Notes under the pieces: generated by a model
Seen by the model: only the letters and a program-made list of their open reading frames with translations
Database searches by the model: none
What the model was told of the DNA's origin: nothing
Program-made: the position numbers and the translations under genes
In this document: piece by piece, positions 22,342 through 32,000 of the stretch
How the letters are laid out: each line of letters opens with the position of its first letter
How positions within the stretch are numbered: the stretch's first letter is position 1
NCBI GenBank assembly: GCA_029269845.2
Contig: CP149973.1
Coordinates: forward strand, 30,001-62,000
DNA: 32,000 nt
Direction of reading: 5' to 3'
DNA from: Opitutia bacterium KCR 482
Lineage (GTDB): Bacteria > Verrucomicrobiota > Verrucomicrobiia > Opitutales > Intestinicryptomonadaceae

Positions 22342-24840
22342 TTATTCTTCCGTCAGCTGGGTATCCGCGCCGTCGGGAGCGTCGTCAGAGGCGTTTGAGG
22401 AAGCCTCCGCGCCCGCGTCGCCGTCCTTGATGTCCACAATTCGGCAGATGCCTATGAGCTTGTCGCCCTCCGCGAGGTTGATAAGCCTTACGCCCTGCGT
22501 GGTGCGTCCGATTACGCGAATGTCCTTTACGGGCGAGCGAACCGCCTGTCCCGCGTGGGTGAACATCATGATTTCGTCGTCTTCGCGAACCGAAAGCGCG
22601 CCCGCGACTCCGTGTGTTTTAATTGCGATTACGCCCGAACCGCCGCGGTTTTGCAGTCTGTATTCGTCGTAGTTCGAACGCTTGCCCTGACCCATTTCGC
22701 CCGCGATGAGCAGCGTGGCGTCGGGGTCTACAACGACAATCGCCTTCACGCAGTCGTTTTCCTTTTTGAGGCTTACGCCGCGCACGCCGCGCGTGTCGCG
22801 ACCCTGCGCGCGCAGGTCGGCTTCGTTGAACCTAATCGACATGCCCGCGTATGTAATCAGGACTATGTTGGAGTCCTGCTCTGTGAGCACAACGCCGATG
22901 AGGTCGTCGCCGTCGTCGAGGTTGATTCCCTTGATGCCTCCCTTGCGGCAGTTTTTGTACTCGGAGAGCATTGTCTTTTTGACGACGCCGTTTTTGGTAG
23001 CCATCACGAGGGCGTGTTTGTCGTCGTCGAGGCTCTTTACGCAAATCATTGCGGCTACTTTTTCGTCGCTTTTGAGGTCGAGCACGTTCTTGATTGAGCG
23101 GCCCTTCGAGACGCGCGAGCCTTCGGGAATTTCGTAGACCTTTTCGACGTACACGCGGCCGTTGTTCATGAAGAACATGATGTAGTCGTGCGTGGAGGCG
23201 GTGAAGATGTGTTCGATGAAGTCTTCGTCGTACTGTCCGCTGCCGATTACGCCCTTGCCGCCGCGTTTCTGCGAGCGGTACGCGCTTACGCCAGTGCGCT
23301 TGATGAAGCCGTTGTGCGAGACGCTGATTATGCAGCCCTCGTTCGCGATGACGTCTTCCATGCGGAATTCGCCCTCGGCGGCTATCAGTTGCGTGCGGCG
23401 CGGCGACGCGTATTTTGCGCGCATTTCCATCAGCTCCTTTTTGATGACGGAAAGCAGTTTCTTTTCGCTTTCGAGAATCGAGCGGTACTCTTCGATGAGC
23501 CTCATCAGCTCCATGTATTCCTGCTCGATTTTCTCGCGTTCTAGACCCGTCAGCTGGTGGAGTCGGAGGTCGAGAATCGCGTTTGCCTGACGTTCCGAAA
23601 GCGGGTATTTTGCCATCAAAGCGGTTTTCGCCTCGTCCCTGTCTTTCGACGCCCTGATGATTTTGATGAAGTCGTCGAGGTTGTTGAGGGCGATTTTATA
23701 GCCCTCCAAGATGTGCGCCCTGTCTTCGGCCTTGCGCAGCAGGAACTGCGTTCTGCGGTAGACGACCTCGCGGCGGTGCTCGATGTAGCATTCGAGCATT
23801 TCCTTCATATTCATCTGCTTCGGCTTGCGCTTGTCGATAGCAAGCATTATCACGCCGAACGACGATTCAAGCTGCGTGTGTTTGAAGAGCTTGTTGAGCA
23901 CAACCCGCGGGGCTTCGCCGCGTTTAAGCTCTATCACAACGCGCGTGTTTTCGTCGGACTCGTTGCGGATATCGCTTACCTCTGTGAGCACTTTTTCCGA
24001 CACGAGTTCCGCGATGTTTTCAACCAGCGAGTTGCGGTTTACGTTGTACGGAATTTCCGTGATTACAATCTGCTCCTTGCCGTTTTTCAGCTCTTCGACC
24101 GTCGCCACGCCGCGCACTTTCACGATTCCGCGACCCGTGCGCATGTAGTTTTCGATTCCAGATTTTCCCACGATTACGCCGCCCGTCGGGAAGTCTGGGC
24201 CTTTGATTACGTTCATCAGCTCCGCGAGCGGAACTGCGGGGTTGTCGATGAGCATGCAGATTCCGTCTATAAGCTCCTCCAAATTGTGCGGGGGAATGTT
24301 CGTCGTCATGCCGACCGCGATGCCCGTCGAGCCGTTCATCAGGAGTGTCGGCAGGGCGGAGGGGAGAACCGTGGGTTCGGAAATCGTCTCCTTGTAGTTG
24401 GGCATGAAGTCCACGGTGTCGCTGTCGATGTCGGCGAGCAGGTCTTCCGAGATTTCGGCGAGTTTACATTCGGTGTATCGGTAAGCCGCGGGAGAGTCGC
24501 CCTCAATCGAGCCGAAGTTGCCCTGCGGAATCACCAGCGGATAGCGCATAACCCAGTCCTGCGCGAGGCGCGTGAGGGTGTCGTATACGGACGAGTCGCC
24601 GTGCGGGTGGTAGTTTTTCAGCACTTCGCCGACGACGCCCGCGCATTTGTCGAACGCGCGGTTGTGGAGCAGCCCTTCGCGGAGCATTGCGTAGAGCACG
24701 CGCCTTTGCACGGGTTTGAGGCCGTCGCGGGCGTCGGGCAGGGCGCGGGAGATGATGACCGACATCGAGTAGTCGATGTACGCGCTCTGCATTATCTGCG
24801 TAATGCTCGATTCTATTATTTTTTCATTTTCGGTATACAT
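22342..24840 (-). CDS. gyrA: DNA gyrase subunit A
   Basis: 832 aa. RALPDARDGLKPVQRRVLYAM, a QRDR-type HPHGDSSVYDT, the active-site Tyr motif AAYRYTE, C-terminal beta-pinwheel repeats and an acidic tail. Confidence 0.97.
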   Translation of the reverse strand: MYTENEKIIESSITQIMQSAYIDYSMSVIISRALPDARDGLKPVQRRVLYAMLREGLLHNRAFDKCAGVVGEVLKNYHPHGDSSVYDTLTRLAQDWVMRYPLVIPQGNFGSIEGDSPAAYRYTECKLAEISEDLLADIDSDTVDFMPNYKETISEPTVLPSALPTLLMNGSTGIAVGMTTNIPPHNLEELIDGICMLIDNPAVPLAELMNVIKGPDFPTGGVIVGKSGIENYMRTGRGIVKVRGVATVEELKNGKEQIVITEIPYNVNRNSLVENIAELVSEKVLTEVSDIRNESDENTRVVIELKRGEAPRVVLNKLFKHTQLESSFGVIMLAIDKRKPKQMNMKEMLECYIEHRREVVYRRTQFLLRKAEDRAHILEGYKIALNNLDDFIKIIRASKDRDEAKTALMAKYPLSERQANAILDLRLHQLTGLEREKIEQEYMELMRLIEEYRSILESEKKLLSVIKKELMEMRAKYASPRRTQLIAAEGEFRMEDVIANEGCIISVSHNGFIKRTGVSAYRSQKRGGKGVIGSGQYDEDFIEHIFTASTHDYIMFFMNNGRVYVEKVYEIPEGSRVSKGRSIKNVLDLKSDEKVAAMICVKSLDDDKHALVMATKNGVVKKTMLSEYKNCRKGGIKGINLDDGDDLIGVVLTEQDSNIVLITYAGMSIRFNEADLRAQGRDTRGVRGVSLKKENDCVKAIVVVDPDATLLIAGEMGQGKRSNYDEYRLQNRGGSGVIAIKTHGVAGALSVREDDEIMMFTHAGQAVRSPVKDIRVIGRTTQGVRLINLAEGDKLIGICRIVDIKDGDAGAEASSNASDDAPDGADTQLTEE

Positions 24841-24855
24841 TTTAAATTCCTTCGG

Positions 24856-29455
<4,600 letters not shown>

Positions 29456-29457
29456 GT

Positions 29458-31218
29458 TTAGAATTTTATTTCGTTCAAATAGTATTCGGAATTTTCCCCG
29501 CTTTCAAGCTTTGAATCGCCCGACCACCTCATGAATCCGTTGTAGACCACGAACGCCATGAGCGCAAGTAGCATTACCGAGAATCCGCCCTGAACCGCCG
29601 CGAAGAACGAGGGCGGCAGGGGTTTGCCGCGCAGTTTTTCGAGCAGGGCGAAGAGTATGTGCCCGCCGTCGAGCACGGGAATGGGCAGCATGTTGAGTAT
29701 TGCGAGGTTTACGTTGAGAAGCACCGCGAACGACAGCACGAGCGCGAAGTCCGTAAGCGAAAGTTTGTAGATTACGCGCCCGATGTCCACGGGGCCGGCG
29801 AGGCTTTTTATGCCGACGTCGCTCTTGGGGTTCACGAGGCTCGACAGCGCGTTGTACGTTCTCGACAGGCTGTCGCCGAACTGTTCGGCGATTGTCGGGT
29901 GCGCGGTAATTGTCGAGGGGGCGAGCATGTAGCCTATCATGTTGCGCGTCTGCGGCGGCTCTATTTCCGCCTTTGCCGAAATCGGCATGGAGACGTCGTA
30001 CATCTGCGGGCCGAGCATGTCGAGGCGCGGGCGCGTTTTTGCGCCGTTGACTGCCGCTTCGAGCCGCGCGAGCGAGTTTATTTCGCGCCCGTCGAGCGCG
30101 TAGAGCGTGTCGCCTACCGCGAATTTGTCGAAGACTTCCGCGCCGCGCTTTACCGAAAACACTTTGAGAAGCCCCGTGTCCGACTTCGGGTTTTTCCTGT
30201 TCGAAACCATGAACGAAACCGAGCCTTTTTCGTCGGGAATTTCAAGCGTTGCGAGGCTTTTTGTAAGCTTCACCCTTTGGGGCTTCGCCGAAATTTCCGT
30301 TTTCGCGCCGCCGCGCAGAATTTCGAGCTTCACGGTAGCCCCGTCTTTGAGGGAGTCGAGGTATGCGCCGAGTTGCGCGTTCGAGAAAATCCTGCGGCCG
30401 TCTATTCCGACAACTTCGTCTCCGACCTTTATTCCCGCCTTTCCCGCGGGCGAGTTCGGCATGATTTTCCCGACCGTCATCGGCGCGGCGGGCGACACCC
30501 CTATCATGCGGATTTCGTCGCCCGTGGAGACGTTTGTTTTTATTAGAATTGGATTGATTTTGACATTCAGTATTTTGCCATCGCGCCCGATTTCTAGGCT
30601 TGCCGACGGCTTTCCGTCGGCGTCGCGCCCAGAGCCGATTGCCACAAGTTCCACGATTTGCGAGAAGTCGCCTACTTTGCGGCCGTCGATTGAAACGATT
30701 TTGTCGCCCTCGCGCAGTCCAGCGAGTTTTGCGGGAGACTCGTGCTTGTTCCCGTCCACGTCGGTAATTTCGTTCGCCACAAAGCCCACCGTTGTGGACT
30801 CCATCGCCGCGCTCTGCTTTATTCCCATTACCCAGACTATCGCCGCCAACGCCGCCGCGAACAGCAGGTTGAAAAACGCCCCCGCCGCGCTCACTATGAT
30901 TTTGTCGGCGCACGACGCCTTGGGGAGTTTTTCGGTTTCGCCGCCTTTGCCGCCTTCGAGCGCGCCCATGTCGGCAAGCTGGGGCAGGGCGACGTATCCG
31001 CCGAACGGCAGAAGCGAAATTATGTATTCGCAGCCGTCCCTGCCTTTTGCCGAAAAGAGTTTGGGCCCGAAGCCGATTGAAAAGCGCAGTATTTTCAGCC
31101 CGCGCATGCGCGCGGCGAGAAAGTGTCCGAGTTCGTGGACGAAAATCGAACCGCCGAAAAACAGCATCACGAGGGCGAATGCCCAAGTGTTCGAAAAAAT
31201 GTCGGCAAACTCTCCCAT
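29458..31218 (-). CDS. rseP: RseP-type site-2 zinc metalloprotease (M50) with PDZ repeats
   Basis: HELGHF zinc motif in the first TM region. LNMLPIPVLDGGH (NxxPxxxLDG) near the C-terminus. Three PDZ-like GD-x-(I/V/L)-x-x-(I/L)DGR segments lie between them. The start is either the ATG at 31218 (1 nt after the dxr stop) or the TTG at 31227 used by the track. Confidence 0.9.
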   Translation of the reverse strand: MGEFADIFSNTWAFALVMLFFGGSIFVHELGHFLAARMRGLKILRFSIGFGPKLFSAKGRDGCEYIISLLPFGGYVALPQLADMGALEGGKGGETEKLPKASCADKIIVSAAGAFFNLLFAAALAAIVWVMGIKQSAAMESTTVGFVANEITDVDGNKHESPAKLAGLREGDKIVSIDGRKVGDFSQIVELVAIGSGRDADGKPSASLEIGRDGKILNVKINPILIKTNVSTGDEIRMIGVSPAAPMTVGKIMPNSPAGKAGIKVGDEVVGIDGRRIFSNAQLGAYLDSLKDGATVKLEILRGGAKTEISAKPQRVKLTKSLATLEIPDEKGSVSFMVSNRKNPKSDTGLLKVFSVKRGAEVFDKFAVGDTLYALDGREINSLARLEAAVNGAKTRPRLDMLGPQMYDVSMPISAKAEIEPPQTRNMIGYMLAPSTITAHPTIAEQFGDSLSRTYNALSSLVNPKSDVGIKSLAGPVDIGRVIYKLSLTDFALVLSFAVLLNVNLAILNMLPIPVLDGGHILFALLEKLRGKPLPPSFFAAVQGGFSVMLLALMAFVVYNGFMRWSGDSKLESGENSEYYLNEIKF

Positions 31219-31219
31219 G

Positions 31220-32000
31220 CTAAACAAGCGATGCTGCCGCTTCGCGCGCCTTTGCCCGCGCTTCGGCGTCCGCGGCGAGAACGTCGCCGAGTTCGGCGGG
31301 GTCTATTGCCGCCGTGGATTCGAGCGTCTTTTCAATCACCTGCGGAATTTTTATCCACGGCAGTTTTCCCGCGATGAAATTTTCAACCGCGACTTCGTTC
31401 GACGCGTTGAAAACGGTCGTCGCCGTGCCGCCCGCGCGGAGCGCAGCAAACGCGTGTTTGAGGCAGGGGAAGCGGTCGGTGTCTGGCGGGCGGAAGTCTA
31501 CGACGAACGGCTTTGTGAAGTCGAGCGGCGGGCGCACGAAGTTTCCGCGTTCGGGGTAGAGCAGGCTGTGCGAAATTGCAAACGTCATCGACGGCGGCGA
31601 CAAGTGCGCAATCACCGAGCCGTCCACGAACTGCACCATCGAGTGCACAAGGCTGTCCTTTTGGACGACCACCTGAATTTGGTCGGGCGAGACGCCGAAG
31701 AGCCACTTCGCCTCGATAACCTCCAAGCCCTTGTTCGCGAGCGTTGACGAGTCTATCGTAACTTTCGGGCCCATTTTCCAGTTGGGGTGTTTGAGCGCCT
31801 GTTCGGGGGTGATTGTGAGCATTTGCTCGCGCGTGTAGTCGCGGAACATGCCTCCCGACGCGGTGATGAGCAGCTTAGCGATGTCGCGCTTGCGCTCGCC
31901 GTTTATGCACTGGAAAATTGCGTTGTGTTCGGAGTCGAGCGGCAGCATTTGCACGCCCTTGCGCTCCGCGCCGCCCATCACGAATTTGCCCGCCATCACG
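31220..32000 (-). CDS. dxr: 1-deoxy-D-xylulose 5-phosphate reductoisomerase, C-terminal part (5' end off the right edge)
   Basis: LPLDSEHNAIFQC, LITASGGMFRD, HPNWKMGPKVTIDSSTLANKGLEVIEAKWLF and HSMVQFVDGSVIAHL are canonical Dxr motifs. The frame is open to the window edge. Confidence 0.93.
   Translation of the reverse strand, partial: VMAGKFVMGGAERKGVQMLPLDSEHNAIFQCINGERKRDIAKLLITASGGMFRDYTREQMLTITPEQALKHPNWKMGPKVTIDSSTLANKGLEVIEAKWLFGVSPDQIQVVVQKDSLVHSMVQFVDGSVIAHLSPPSMTFAISHSLLYPERGNFVRPPLDFTKPFVVDFRPPDTDRFPCLKHAFAALRAGGTATTVFNASNEVAVENFIAGKLPWIKIPQVIEKTLESTAAIDPAELGDVLAADAEARAKAREAAASLV

Noticed and set aside
30107-31747. 546-aa plus-strand ORF
   Set aside because: It is antisense to rseP and dxr, both strongly recognisable. 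The translation is low-complexity Ser/Pro/Arg-rich, and the frame coincides with the dxr codon-aligned antisense frame.

Overview
Densely coding, moderately GC-rich and CpG-rich bacterial chromosomal segment. I call 26 protein genes and found no rRNA, tRNA, CRISPR array, IS element or integrase by eye. Most genes are recognisable housekeeping genes: glmS (partial, left edge), parB, tyrA, an aroA-cmk fusion, plsC, sugE/gdx, rpsP-trmD-rplS, holA, sanA, gyrB-gyrA and dxr (partial, right edge)-rseP-ispG. Carbohydrate-active genes are interleaved: a GH78-like rhamnosidase-type hydrolase, two tandem GH10-like paralogs, a GH65-like six-hairpin hydrolase (these four with signal peptides), an HSL-type esterase without one, and an orphan LacI-family regulator. 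Gene content and style (scattered secreted CAZymes, long-form IspG, tight heterogeneous gene arrays) loosely suggest a polysaccharide-degrading PVC-type bacterium, but that is a low-confidence inference. I do not see a convincing novel multi-gene system such as defence, secretion, toxin-antitoxin or a mobile element. The most unusual locus is 15.6-21.2 kb. There, two GH10-like paralogs have ~99% identical ends and a strongly diverged catalytic core with sharp breakpoints. Their 216-bp divergent control region, shared with the GH65-like gene, carries a G10 homopolymer bracketed by a perfect 10-bp inverted repeat. Secondary oddities are an AroA-Cmk fusion, a parB without adjacent parA that sits between two secreted proteins, an 80-aa Cys-rich orphan ORF, and an rpsP operon lacking rimM. 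Many long ORFs in the supplied track are antisense or alternative-frame shadows of conserved genes and were rejected.
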